Shown piece after piece: positions 1-10,432 of a stretch of DNA of 64,000 nt (its first letter is position 1; each line of letters starts with the position of its first letter). Made by a program: the position numbers and the translations under genes. The notes beneath the pieces are model-generated. The model was not told the DNA's origin and ran no database searches. It saw nothing but the letters and a program-made list of their open reading frames with translations. This stretch comes from Polyangiales bacterium (GTDB taxonomy: Bacteria > Myxococcota_A > Polyangia > Polyangiales > Polyangiaceae). The stretch is from NCBI GenBank assembly GCA_038231275.1, contig JBBRLQ010000004.1, forward strand, positions 160,001 through 224,000, in the 5' to 3' direction.

Positions 1-3000
1 CCGCCCTTCTCGTAGAGCTCCGAGAGCGCCAAGACCGCGCGCTCGTGGGTCGGCTCTTCGTCGAGGATCGCGCGGAGCGTGTCGATCGCATCGCTCGGGC
101 TCTTGAATCGCTCTTCCTGCAGCTTGGCGAGGTCGAGCCGCACGGTCGCGCGCGCCGCAGCCGACTTTGCGTTGTCGATCAAGTGCTCGAGCAGCTTGCC
201 CAGCTCCTTCTCTTTGCCGGCGGCGCCGTAGAGCGCACGGAGGCGCGTCGCCGCTTCTTCGTCAGTCGGCTCGTGCTCGAGGATCTCCTCGTATAGGCCG
301 ATCGCGCGCGGCGCGTCGGAGAGCTCGCCCGCGGCGATGGTCGCAGCGCGGTGCTTGAGCGCGATCTGCTGCGGCACTTCCTCCGCGAGCTCGGCGCGGC
401 GGAGCAGAAGCTTCACGACCTCGGCGAAGTCCCCGGCCGCCTCGCGAAGCTTGCCGAGCTCCTCGAGGGCCCAGCCGTTCGTGTCCTCTTCGGTGAGCAG
501 ATCACGGAGGACGGCCTCCGCGAGCGCGCGATCGCCCACGATGGTCTCGGCGAGCACCTTGGCCTCCTCGAGGATGCCGCGCTTCTCCGAGAGGCTGGCC
601 TCGAGGCCGGCGCGCGCGCGGAGCGTCGCGACGAGCTCCCGTTCGCGACCCGGCGCGCGCTGCAATGCCTCGATCGCCCGCAAAATCTCGGCGTTCTCGG
701 GATCGCCCTCGAGCGCGTGGCCGAACGAGTCCTCCGCCGATCGCAGATCGGACAAGTGCGCCTTCTGCCAACCGGCGACGCGCACCCAAAGCTCCGAGCG
801 CGTTCCGCTCGGCACGTCGCGTGAGGTCGTGAGCGCGGCAGCCATCGCCGCCGTCGCTTCCTTCCAGCCGTTCGACCCGGCGGCGAGCCGCTCGAGCTCC
901 GGCAAGGCGTCCGCGTCCGAAGGATCCTCGGCGATCTGCTCCTCGACGACCTTACGGGCGCGCGCGGCGTCGCCGACCTTCTTCTCGAGCACGACGGCCA
1001 GATCCAGCCGCGCGCGCGACCGATCGCGGACGTTGGTAGCGCGCGTGACCTTGCGACCGTAGAGCGCCGCGAGCTCCTCGTTTTTGTCGAGCGCGCGGTA
1101 CACCATCTCGAGCGCGTCGAACGCGTCGTCGAACAGGGCGTCGTCCGAGAGCAGCCCCTCGATCGCCGCGCGGCTCGCCGCGTGCTCGGGCGCCTTCTCC
1201 AGCGCGGATCGCAGCGTCCCGAGACCCTGCTGCTTCTCGCCAAACTCAGAGATCTGGAGCACCGCGAGGCGGTGGAAGAGATCGGCCTGGACGGCAGCGT
1301 CGGACTCCAGGCCCACGCGACGCTCGAGGACGTCGGCGAGCATCCGCGTGTCGCCGAGCCGGGCGTAGAGCCGGTCGAGCGCGCCGAGCGTCGCCGCGCC
1401 GTCGCCTGCCTGCTCGACCGCTTGGGCGTAGGCCTTCGCCGCGCGCGCGTCGTCGTGGAGTTTCTCTTCGGCCACGCGACCGAGGCGGACATAGAGATCG
1501 GTGGTGATGGCGACGTCGAACACCGCCGTCGCGCGCTCGCCGAGGGCGTCGGCGTAGCTGCGCCACGCGTCGTCGCTTCCCTGCCCGGCCAAGCGCTCGA
1601 TCTCCTCGTGCAGCTCCGCGCGCATCGGCTCCTCGGCGAGCGCGCGCAGCAAGGCACCAAGCGCGCGCTTCGAATCGCCGAGGTGGCTCTCCGACACGCC
1701 AGCAAGCGCCCGCAGCGTCGCACCGCGCTCCGAGGGCTCGGTCTGCGCGCGCAGGCGCATCTCGAGGATCGACGCGACGTCGGCCCAGCGCGACGACGCG
1801 CGTAGCACGGGCTCGAGAGCATCGGCTGCCTCGGCGCGAAGCTCGTCGCGGGTCTCGCCAATCTTCCGGAGCGCGTCGAACGCCTCCTCGTCGAAGCCGG
1901 TGGCCAGCACCTTCCGGAACGACGCGAGGGCGCCCGCAGCGTCGTCGAGCTCCGCGTCGAGGAGGTGCCCGATGCGCTTCTCGATCGTATTTCGCGCCGC
2001 GTCACCGGACGCCGCCGCGGCCTGCTGCTGCAAGTTCTCCAGCAGCTCCGGCCACATCTTCTCGCGCGTGTAGAGATCGTCGAGGCGCTTCAGCACCTCC
2101 GGATCCCCAGGACGGATCTGGAGCGCATCGACGAGGAGGCGCACCGCCTCGCGACGGTCGCCGAGCCCGAGCTCATAGCGGTTGGCGGAGTCCACGAGGA
2201 GCTGGAATTTCAGTCCTGCGTCGTCCTCACCGCACAGCTCCACCCGCCGGCGGTAGAGGTCGATGAGCCGGGGCGCGTCGTTCTTCGCCTCGTGCAGCGT
2301 GATGAGGTTGTCGATTGTGAACGCGCTGTCGGGCTCGAGCTCGAGGGCGCGCTCGTACGCGTCGATCGCGCCGGGGGCGTCGTCGAGCATGTCGCGCTTC
2401 GCCTCGCCCACGCGACGCCACAGACTCGCGCGGTCCTCGTCGTTCCCCGAGAGCTCCGCGCGGCGGACGAGCACGCGCACGACCGCCGGCCAATCGCTCA
2501 GGAGCGTCGCCAGCTGGTCCATCTGCTCGAGCGGCTCCGGATCGGACTCGTCGAGCTTCAGGAGCCGATCGTAGGCCTCGAGCGCGCGGCGCGGATCGTC
2601 GCGGCGCTTGTCGTGGAGCTGCGCGAGCGCCAAGAGGAGCTCTTTCTGTCCGGGCCCTTCCAGCTGCGCGATGCCGCTCTCGTACGCGCTCGCGAGGTGA
2701 TCCCATCGCTTCGTGACGCCGCCGAGCCGATCGAGCTCCCCGCGCGCGTCGCCGTCCTCGGGATCGAGCGAGAAGGCCCGCACCATCGCCTCGAACGCCT
2801 TCGCGGCGTCCTTGCCGCGCTCTTCCCAGAGCTTCGCCGTCTCGCGCAGGATCGCGACCTTGTCGCTCGCGTCGGACGCGAGGCCGAGCCGCTCGTCGTT
2901 CACCAGGATGAGGTGACGCCAGTCGTCGGCCTTCTCGTAGATGGGACGAAGGAGCTCGACGATGCGCGCCTTGTGCTCCGGCGTCGCGAGGAGCGCCTCG

Positions 3001-6000
3001 AGCGCTTTCACGGCCTGCGCGCCGACGCCGCCGTCGCCCGGCGGCGCGAGATCCACGACGGCTTGGTACTCGTCGATCGCCGCGGTCGGCTCGGCGAGGC
3101 GATCCTTCAAGATGGTGCCGAGCTCGAGGCGGAACTTCGCCTCGTCCTCGGGCAGCGCGCTCTGCTCGGCGCGTTTTCGGCTCAAATCGGCCAGATCGCG
3201 CCAGCGACCGCGACGAGCATACAGTCGCGTGAGCGCCTCGAGCGAAGGACCGTCAGCGTCGTCGACCTCGATCGCCGCGCGATGGGTCTCGATGGCCTCG
3301 TCGTCGCTCGACAGATCCATCTCCTGGATCCTCGCGATCGTGTGCAGCGTCTCGAGGCGTTGCGCTGGCTCGTCGCGGTAGTCGAGCGCCGAGCGGTACA
3401 GCTCGACGCGATCGGCCGGGCGGGCGGCCTTGGTGAGGAGCCGGTCGATCGCGTCGAAGGACGCCTGATCTTCGTCCGGCGCGAAGGCGTGGGCGCGGCG
3501 GTAGAAGACGAGCGCGCGCTCCGGCTTCGCGTGACGCTCGTACAGCTCGCCGGTGCGCTTCGCCAGCTTCGCGGTCGCCGGCTCGTCGGTCGTGAGCTTC
3601 TCGAGCTCGCTCGCGAAGATGTCCGCCAAGCGATCCTCGGCGTTGGCGACGCGCGCGAGCCTCTCGAGCTCCGCCCAAGTGACCTCGTCGGTCACGTCCT
3701 CGGCGAAGAGCTGCGCCGTCACGTCGAGCGCCGCCGAGTAGCTCTCCTCTTGTTCCTCGTGCAGCTTCACGAGACGGCGGAGCAGCGTCCTGCGCTCGTC
3801 GGGGTCCTCGCTCGACTCGAGGCGAACCTCGAGCGACCGCATGACCTTGCGCCAATCGAGGCGCGCCAAGTAAACGGTCTCGAGCATCGTCGCGGCGCGC
3901 GCGGCGTGCGGCTTGTCGCCCATGAGGCGCTCCAGCGCCTTGACCGCTGGCTCGTAGCCCTCACCCTTGAGCGCCGCTTCGTACTCGTCGAACGCGCGAT
4001 CGATGTCGCGCATGCGGGTCTCGTAGGTCTCACCGAGCTTGTGATGCAGCTCCGCCTGGCGCTCCGCAGGAACACCGGCCGCGGCGAGCTGACGCTCGTA
4101 GAGCTGCACGAGCTCCTCGAAGCGCTCGGCCTGCGCGTAGAGCCGCTCGAGGGCGAGCGTCGCCTCCGGCTCCATCGTCAGATCCAGGATGTCCTCGTAC
4201 GTCTCGATCGCGGCGCGGCGATCGTGCAGCGTCTCGTCGCAGAGCTTCGCCTGCCTGTAGAGGATGGCCTTCTTCTCGTCGTCGGTCGCGGCGGCCTCGG
4301 CGCGTCGCTTCAGGATGTCGAGCAGGGCCGGCGCGTCGCTCGCCTCTCCATAGAGGGCCTCGAGGGCCGTCAGAGCGCGGCGATCGTCGCCTCGCAGCTC
4401 GAGGGCCTTCACGTAGTACGTGCGCGAGCGCTCCGCGTCGTGGAGCTTTTCGCGCGAGCGCGCCGCGATCTCGACGAGGACGTCGAGCTGCAGCTCACCG
4501 TCGAGGATGTCGGGCGCGATCCCGCTCAGGAGCTCGACGAGATCGCTCCAGCGCTGCGTCGCCTCGGCCAATCGCTCTGCGCGCTCGAGCCACGCGCGGA
4601 ACGTCGGCTCTCCCGAGGCCTCACGAAGCGCGCGCGAGACGTACCCGAAGGCGCGCTGCGGATCGGCGAGCGGCCCCTCCGCCACGTTGGCCGCGAGCGA
4701 GATCGTCTCGAGCTTCTCCTCGATCGACGCCGCGTACTCGGTCTCGATGTCGAGCACGCGCAAGAAGCGCATGTGATCCTTCTCGGCCTCGTACAGCGGG
4801 CGGAGGATCCCGGCGACCTCACGGCGAGCGTCCGCGTCGGCGAGAAGGCCCTCGAGCGCGTTGCGGCTGACGGCGTGCTGCGCGTCGATGGCGAGCGCCT
4901 GCTTGTGCGCTTCGATGGCGCCGGCCACGTCCTTCAGCTTCTGGAGCCGGACGACGCCGAGGCGCGCGTAGAGAACGAGCAGCTCCTTGGGATCCTTCGT
5001 GAGGGCGACGTCGGCTTCGAGCGTCTCCGCCAGGTCCTGCCAGCGCCCCTCCACCTCGTAGAGCTTCGCGAGCGCCGCGAGCGTCGAGCGCTCCGCACCG
5101 AAATCGTCGATCGCCGCGCGGTACGCGAGGATCGCCTCCGGTACGTCCGTGAGGCGATCGGCGAGCGCGCTCGCCGTGCGGAGGAGGAAGGTCTTGCGCT
5201 GCGCCGGATCCGTCGACGCACGCTCGCGGGCGCGCAGGATCTCGACGAGGGCACGCCACTCCTGTGTCCGCTCGTAGAGGCGGTCGAGCGCGGCGAGGGC
5301 GGCCTCGTCGCCCGGATCGTCTTCGAGGCGTGATTTCCACGCCTGCGTGGCGCCGCGGGGATCGTCGAGCGTCACTTCGCACAGCTCGCCGAGGCGCGCG
5401 AGCAGGATCCGACGGGTCTGCTGATCCTCTTCGAGCTTCACCTCGATCTTGAGGATCTGCGAGAGCTCGAGGCTCTTGCCCGCGCCGGCGTAGAGCCGCT
5501 CGAGCGCGCGCGCCGCGGGGAGCGCGAGGGCCGGATCGTCGGGATCGAGATCGAGCACCTTGCGGTACGCGCTCTCGGCGCGCGCGGGATCGCGGAGCTG
5601 CTCTTCGTAGATGCGCGCGACGCAACCGAGGATCTCGGCGCGCGGCTGCGGCGCGTCCGCGGCCTCTGCGGCCTGGACGAGCACCTCCGCGGCGCGCTCG
5701 TGCTGGTTCGAGCGACGCGCGATCTCGAGCATGCGATCGCGGGCGTCCGTGTCTCCGGGGACCAGCGGGACGAGGCGCACGTACGCCTCGAACGCGCCGG
5801 GATCGTCGGTGAGGCGCTCGTCGCGGAGCTCCGCCACGCGGCGGAGAAGCTCGCGCCGCTCGATCGGATCGGTCGCCGACTCGAGTCGAATCTCGAGCAC
5901 GCGCACGAGCTCGCGCGCCTCGTCCTTTTGCGCGTACACCTGCTCGAGGACGATCGCCGCGCGCGGCCGTAGCTCGGGCACGCTCAGGCATTTCTCGACG

Positions 6001-9000
6001 AGATCGCGCGCGTCGCGGCTGTTCACGTCCGCCTGGAGAACGTCCTCCAGGTAGCCGAGGGCGGTCTTCGGATCGCCGAGCTTGTCGTGGTAGAGCCCGC
6101 CGAGGCGAAGCTTGATCGCCACCGCCTCGTCCATCGTCGCCGCGCTGAGGCGGCGCGTCAGCAGCTGCGCGAGCTTCTCCCACTTGTCCGTCGCGCCGTA
6201 CAGGACATCGAGCGCGCGGATCGCCTGCTCGTGCAGCGGCTCGATCTCGAGGATGCGCTCGTAATAGCCGATCGCCTTCACGCGATCGCCGGTGATTTCC
6301 TCGGCGACGAGGGCCACCTCGCTCAGGAGCTCGGCGCGGCGCGGCCCGTCGCTCGTCGCCTGTACCGCACGCTCGTACAGCGACTCGAGCTCGCTCCACT
6401 TCTCGCGCGTCGTGAGGATCTGCTTGAGGCGCGCGAACGCGCGCTCGTTCGACGGATCGGCCGAAAGGATGCGATCGAGGTACGGCGTCGCCTTGTCGAT
6501 CTCGCCGAGCATCTCGTCGTAGAGCGTCGCCGCGCGCTCGGCGAGGTCCGCCTCGACGGCCGGCGGAAGACCGGTCTCGCCCTCTGGCGGCACGGCCTGC
6601 GCGATCGCGTCGACGAACGCTTGCGAGCGCTGCGTGCGGTTCGCGAGGACCCCGAGGCGATCCCAGAGCGCCAGCTCCATCGGGAACTCGCGCGTCGCGC
6701 GCGCGAGTACCTCGAACGCGGCGCCGTTCGCGTTCAGCTTCTTGTGGACGTCAGCGAGCCGCTCGTAGAGCGAGATGCGATCGGCCTTCGCCGCCGCGGT
6801 CGCGATGAGGACCTCGAGGACGTCGACCTGCCGCGTGAGCTGCCCGGACGCCGCGTAGGCGCTCTCCAGCATTTGCGCGGCACGCGCGCGCGTCTCCCCG
6901 ACGGCGAGGAGCTCCTCGACGACGGCGACCGCCTCCGGATCGTTCGGGATCGCCTCGAGCGCGCGCTTCGCGGCGTCGAGCGCGTCGCCCGGGCGCTTCA
7001 GCGACCCCATGTAGAGGCGGGCGAGCTCGACCTCTCGGGCCGCGCGCTCGGCGCCGTCGCGCTGATCGCGATCTTTCTCCAGGAACTCGGCGGCCGCCGC
7101 GGCGTCGCCCGACGTCTTGAGGAGACGCGAGAGCGCGCGGAGCGACTTTCCGTGCTGCGGCACGACCTCGAGGATCCGCCGGTAGATTGCGATCGCGCGC
7201 TCCGGCGCCGCCCACACGTCTTCTTCGAGGATCGCCCACTCCGCGAGGAGCTCGATCTTTGCGGACGTGTTCGCGCGCTCGATCCGGAGATCGAAGAGCG
7301 CGCGCAGGTCCTCTCGGCGATCGGCGCTGCGGAGCAGCTTGTCGAGGGCCGTGACGCTCTCGTGATCCTCCTCGTCCTCGTCGACCAGGGCCTTGTACGT
7401 CTCCACGGCCTGATCGATCTTGCCGAGCTGGCTCGCGTAGATGTCCGCGAGCTTCGCTTTGAGCGCGCGACGCTCGTCGGACTTGCCCTTCTTCGGCTTG
7501 CCCTTCGTCCGCTGGATCAAGGTCTCGACCAGCGGGTGCCAGTCGCTCGCCGCGCGGGAGGCCGCTTCGAACGCGTCGAGCGCGCCGCTCTCATCGGGGG
7601 CGAGCTCATACGCGCGGCGCACGTAGCCGAGCGCCGCCGCGCGATCGCCGAGGTGCTCGCCCGTGACCTTCGCGAGCTTGCCGAGGAGGACGCGCGAAGC
7701 CTCGTCGTCCTTCGAGTGGCCGAGGAGCACCTCGTAGAGCGCGGGGAGGCGCGACCACTTCTCCTCCTTCTCGTAGATCGGGACGAGCGCCTGGGCGGCG
7801 CGATCGTCGTCGGGACGCGCCGAGAGCACGCGCTCGTAGGCACGGAAGGCGCGATCGGGCGCCTCCAGCTTCTGCTCGAAGATCCCGGCCGCGCGGAAGG
7901 AGAGGTCCAGCTTCAGCGCGAGGTCTTGCGTCTTGTCCGCGGCGCCGGAGAGCACCTCGACGAGCCCCTCCCAGTCCTCGAACTTCGCGTAGAGCCGCTC
8001 GAGACCGTCGTAGTCGCCCATCGCGAGGTGGCTATCGCGCAGGACGCGGAGCGCCTTGGCGTGACCGGGCGAGAGATCGAGGACGCGCTGCCACGCGCGC
8101 ATCGCGCCTTCGTGATCGTTCAGGCGATCGGCGTAGATCGCGCCGAGCTTCTGGAGGACCGTGAGCTTCGCCGCCGCGTCGGGCGCGTGCTCGGCGCGCT
8201 TCTCGAGGACCTCCGCGACGGTCTTGTAGTCCTTGTCGCGCTCGGCCTGGCGCTCGAGGGCGTCGAGGGCGGAGGCGCTCTTCGGATCCTCGGCGAGGAC
8301 CATCTTGTAGAGGCGCAGCGCGTCGGTGCCGCGGTCCAAGCGCTCGGCGGCGAGCTTCGCCATCTCCGTCCACACGTCGCGACGCTTGTCCCCGTCGAGG
8401 AGCTTCGACTCGCGCTCGAGGAGCTCGTAGAGCGCCTTGTAGGCGCGGCGCTTTCCGTACAGCTCCTTGAGCTTGTCGATCGCCTCGCGATCCGCGGGCA
8501 GCGCTTCGTGGAGGCTCTCGTACGCGTCGATGCCGTTCTGGACGTTCGAGAACTGATCGAGCCAGCGCCGCGCGATCGCGCGGAACAGCTCCGCCTTCAC
8601 GCCATTGTCCTGCTCCAGCTCGGCGAGGCGCGACTGCGTGGTCAGGAGATCGCGCCAGCGACCGAGCGTCTCGTAGACGCGGCACAGCTCGCGGACGGCG
8701 TCGGCGTTCTCGCGATCGAGCGCGATGATCTGCGACAGCACGGTGACCAGCGCCGAGTCGCTCTTGATGTGCTCGCGGTAAACCTCGGCGATCTCGCGCA
8801 GGATCGGGAGCCGGCTCCACGGATCTTCGGCGGGCACCTTCTCGAGCTCCGATCGGAGGAGATCGGCGAGCGCGTTCCAGCCGCCGGTCACGCGGTAAAG
8901 ACGCTTCAGCGCCTCGCGCGCGTCCTTGTTGGTGGGATCGTTGCGGAGGATCGCGCGCCACTGCTCGATGGCCTTGGTGGCGTTCGCGCCCTCCTCGGCG

Positions 9001-10184
9001 AGCTTCGCGATCTCCGCCGCGATGCGCGCGCGCTCGGGCCCGTCGGGCATCGCGCGCTGCGCCTCGGTGAGGACCGTCATCAGTCGTCCGCTCGCCGCGT
9101 GGATGCCCTTCCACTCGCGGAAAAAGTCGAGCATCCCCGGATGCGCCGGCTCCAGTTTGCGGAGCCGCTCGAAGTACGGCTCCGCTGCCTCCGGCGCGTT
9201 CCGCATGCGCCACTGCACCATCGCGATCTGGAGGATCGTCCCGGCGTCCTGGCCGCGCGACGTGTTCAGCTGCTCGTCGTACAGCGCGACGAGGTGATCC
9301 CACATCTCGTGCTCGGTGAAGAAATCGACGAGGGCGCTCGTGGCCTCCGGGTGGCCCGGCGACAGGTCGATCACGCGCTCGTACGCCGCGGCGGCGCGCT
9401 CGGGCGAGCCGAGCTTCTTCCTCATGACGCGCGCGAGGCGCACGAAGCCGGCGATCTTCTCTTCCTTGGCCGACGCCTCGGTGGCGAGCTGCTCGAGCGT
9501 CGCCGCGAGATCGATCCAGCGCTCTTCGCTGCGGTAGACGCGCTCGAGGAGGAGCGACGCGCGGCGGTTCTTCGGATCGATCTCGATCGCCTCCTTGAGG
9601 CCGGCGATGATCTCGTCGATGAGCGCGGCGAGCTGCTTCTTCTTGCCCTTCTCGCCTTCGAACGACGGGCGTCCGTAGCGGTACGCCGTCTCCGCGGCGC
9701 TCACGAGGAGCGAGCTACGGAAGCTCCCCTCGCCCGCCGCCTTTGCCTCCTCGACGTAGCGCTTCACGAGGTCTTGCCACTTCGCGCGGCGCGCGTCGCT
9801 GCGCTCGATCGCCTCTTCGGCCTTCGTGTCACCGGGGACGAGCTTCAGGTACTGCTCGTACGCGAGCACCGCGCGGACGTCGTCGAGCACCTCGTCGTCG
9901 AGGACGCGCGCGAGCTCGGCGAGGAGCGTGGCCTCCTCCGGCTTGCCGCGCGAGAGCACGACCTCCATCTCGAGCAAGCGCCCCACCGCGTCGTACTCGC
10001 GCCGCATCTCGTGCGCGCGGCGCGCCGAGGACATGAGCTTCGTGAGCTCGCCGTCGGCGTTCTCCGCCTGGTTGCTCTCGGTCGACGACATCCCCAGCGA
10101 GGCGCGCAGATCGCTCCACGCTTTTTCGCTGTCGGGATCGTCCTGCAGCAGTCCGAGGGCGGTCCGGATGGTCTTCGCGCTCAT
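1..10184 (-). CDS. Giant tetratricopeptide-repeat protein (AgmK-like, gliding-motility-associated), >3390 aa, 3' end beyond window
   Basis: ATG at 10184 gives MSAKTIRTALGLLQDDPDSEKAW; the same frame at the window start reads AIDTLRAILDEEPTHERAVLALSELYEKG. TPR-like helices recur throughout. The long + strand ORFs (351, 1182, 1965, 5700, 6087) all fall in one frame, the antisense shadow. It is missing from the ORF track because there is no stop in the window. The AgmK likeness is inferred from size and repeat style. Confidence 0.85.
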   Translation of the reverse strand, partial: MSAKTIRTALGLLQDDPDSEKAWSDLRASLGMSSTESNQAENADGELTKLMSSARRAHEMRREYDAVGRLLEMEVVLSRGKPEEATLLAELARVLDDEVLDDVRAVLAYEQYLKLVPGDTKAEEAIERSDARRAKWQDLVKRYVEEAKAAGEGSFRSSLLVSAAETAYRYGRPSFEGEKGKKKQLAALIDEIIAGLKEAIEIDPKNRRASLLLERVYRSEERWIDLAATLEQLATEASAKEEKIAGFVRLARVMRKKLGSPERAAAAYERVIDLSPGHPEATSALVDFFTEHEMWDHLVALYDEQLNTSRGQDAGTILQIAMVQWRMRNAPEAAEPYFERLRKLEPAHPGMLDFFREWKGIHAASGRLMTVLTEAQRAMPDGPERARIAAEIAKLAEEGANATKAIEQWRAILRNDPTNKDAREALKRLYRVTGGWNALADLLRSELEKVPAEDPWSRLPILREIAEVYREHIKSDSALVTVLSQIIALDRENADAVRELCRVYETLGRWRDLLTTQSRLAELEQDNGVKAELFRAIARRWLDQFSNVQNGIDAYESLHEALPADREAIDKLKELYGKRRAYKALYELLERESKLLDGDKRRDVWTEMAKLAAERLDRGTDALRLYKMVLAEDPKSASALDALERQAERDKDYKTVAEVLEKRAEHAPDAAAKLTVLQKLGAIYADRLNDHEGAMRAWQRVLDLSPGHAKALRVLRDSHLAMGDYDGLERLYAKFEDWEGLVEVLSGAADKTQDLALKLDLSFRAAGIFEQKLEAPDRAFRAYERVLSARPDDDRAAQALVPIYEKEEKWSRLPALYEVLLGHSKDDEASRVLLGKLAKVTGEHLGDRAAALGYVRRAYELAPDESGALDAFEAASRAASDWHPLVETLIQRTKGKPKKGKSDERRALKAKLADIYASQLGKIDQAVETYKALVDEDEEDHESVTALDKLLRSADRREDLRALFDLRIERANTSAKIELLAEWAILEEDVWAAPERAIAIYRRILEVVPQHGKSLRALSRLLKTSGDAAAAAEFLEKDRDQRDGAERAAREVELARLYMGSLKRPGDALDAAKRALEAIPNDPEAVAVVEELLAVGETRARAAQMLESAYAASGQLTRQVDVLEVLIATAAAKADRISLYERLADVHKKLNANGAAFEVLARATREFPMELALWDRLGVLANRTQRSQAFVDAIAQAVPPEGETGLPPAVEADLAERAATLYDEMLGEIDKATPYLDRILSADPSNERAFARLKQILTTREKWSELESLYERAVQATSDGPRRAELLSEVALVAEEITGDRVKAIGYYERILEIEPLHEQAIRALDVLYGATDKWEKLAQLLTRRLSAATMDEAVAIKLRLGGLYHDKLGDPKTALGYLEDVLQADVNSRDARDLVEKCLSVPELRPRAAIVLEQVYAQKDEARELVRVLEIRLESATDPIERRELLRRVAELRDERLTDDPGAFEAYVRLVPLVPGDTDARDRMLEIARRSNQHERAAEVLVQAAEAADAPQPRAEILGCVARIYEEQLRDPARAESAYRKVLDLDPDDPALALPAARALERLYAGAGKSLELSQILKIEVKLEEDQQTRRILLARLGELCEVTLDDPRGATQAWKSRLEDDPGDEAALAALDRLYERTQEWRALVEILRARERASTDPAQRKTFLLRTASALADRLTDVPEAILAYRAAIDDFGAERSTLAALAKLYEVEGRWQDLAETLEADVALTKDPKELLVLYARLGVVRLQKLKDVAGAIEAHKQALAIDAQHAVSRNALEGLLADADARREVAGILRPLYEAEKDHMRFLRVLDIETEYAASIEEKLETISLAANVAEGPLADPQRAFGYVSRALREASGEPTFRAWLERAERLAEATQRWSDLVELLSGIAPDILDGELQLDVLVEIAARSREKLHDAERSRTYYVKALELRGDDRRALTALEALYGEASDAPALLDILKRRAEAAATDDEKKAILYRQAKLCDETLHDRRAAIETYEDILDLTMEPEATLALERLYAQAERFEELVQLYERQLAAAGVPAERQAELHHKLGETYETRMRDIDRAFDEYEAALKGEGYEPAVKALERLMGDKPHAARAATMLETVYLARLDWRKVMRSLEVRLESSEDPDERRTLLRRLVKLHEEQEESYSAALDVTAQLFAEDVTDEVTWAELERLARVANAEDRLADIFASELEKLTTDEPATAKLAKRTGELYERHAKPERALVFYRRAHAFAPDEDQASFDAIDRLLTKAARPADRVELYRSALDYRDEPAQRLETLHTIARIQEMDLSSDDEAIETHRAAIEVDDADGPSLEALTRLYARRGRWRDLADLSRKRAEQSALPEDEAKFRLELGTILKDRLAEPTAAIDEYQAVVDLAPPGDGGVGAQAVKALEALLATPEHKARIVELLRPIYEKADDWRHLILVNDERLGLASDASDKVAILRETAKLWEERGKDAAKAFEAMVRAFSLDPEDGDARGELDRLGGVTKRWDHLASAYESGIAQLEGPGQKELLLALAQLHDKRRDDPRRALEAYDRLLKLDESDPEPLEQMDQLATLLSDWPAVVRVLVRRAELSGNDEDRASLWRRVGEAKRDMLDDAPGAIDAYERALELEPDSAFTIDNLITLHEAKNDAPRLIDLYRRRVELCGEDDAGLKFQLLVDSANRYELGLGDRREAVRLLVDALQIRPGDPEVLKRLDDLYTREKMWPELLENLQQQAAAASGDAARNTIEKRIGHLLDAELDDAAGALASFRKVLATGFDEEAFDALRKIGETRDELRAEAADALEPVLRASSRWADVASILEMRLRAQTEPSERGATLRALAGVSESHLGDSKRALGALLRALAEEPMRAELHEEIERLAGQGSDDAWRSYADALGERATAVFDVAITTDLYVRLGRVAEEKLHDDARAAKAYAQAVEQAGDGAATLGALDRLYARLGDTRMLADVLERRVGLESDAAVQADLFHRLAVLQISEFGEKQQGLGTLRSALEKAPEHAASRAAIEGLLSDDALFDDAFDALEMVYRALDKNEELAALYGRKVTRATNVRDRSRARLDLAVVLEKKVGDAARARKVVEEQIAEDPSDADALPELERLAAGSNGWKEATAAMAAALTTSRDVPSGTRSELWVRVAGWQKAHLSDLRSAEDSFGHALEGDPENAEILRAIEALQRAPGRERELVATLRARAGLEASLSEKRGILEEAKVLAETIVGDRALAEAVLRDLLTEEDTNGWALEELGKLREAAGDFAEVVKLLLRRAELAEEVPQQIALKHRAATIAAGELSDAPRAIGLYEEILEHEPTDEEAATRLRALYGAAGKEKELGKLLEHLIDNAKSAAARATVRLDLAKLQEERFKSPSDAIDTLRAILDEEPTHERAVLALSELYEKG

Positions 10185-10212
10185 CGTCACGCTTCGTCAC
10201 CTTCGGGCGGGG

Positions 10213-10234
10213 AACCCACTTGCAACCCACTTGC
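10213..10234. repeat. 11-bp direct repeat AACCCACTTGC x2, about 30 bp upstream of the giant TPR gene
   Basis: Perfect tandem copies at 10213-10223 and 10224-10234. Confidence 0.6.
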
Positions 10235-10432
10235 GACCGCCCCCGAGAGCAACCCCGGAACCGCGCGGCAACCTGCGAGAAAGACTGAGGTAGTTCGGTA
10301 GGTAGTCCCCACCGCGGCCGATGGTACGTAGGCTTTTGGGGGATATCAACACTCTCCCGCGGCGAAGACGCGGAAGGCGGACGAGCCCAAAAACGGCGGG
10401 GAAAATGCCCCTCCGACGCTCCGACCGGCGGC

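Noticed and set aside
1965..10301. Long + strand ORFs of 1122 aa and 1404 aa
   Set aside because: Antisense shadows of the minus-strand TPR gene, with R/L/V/E-biased composition and no motifs.
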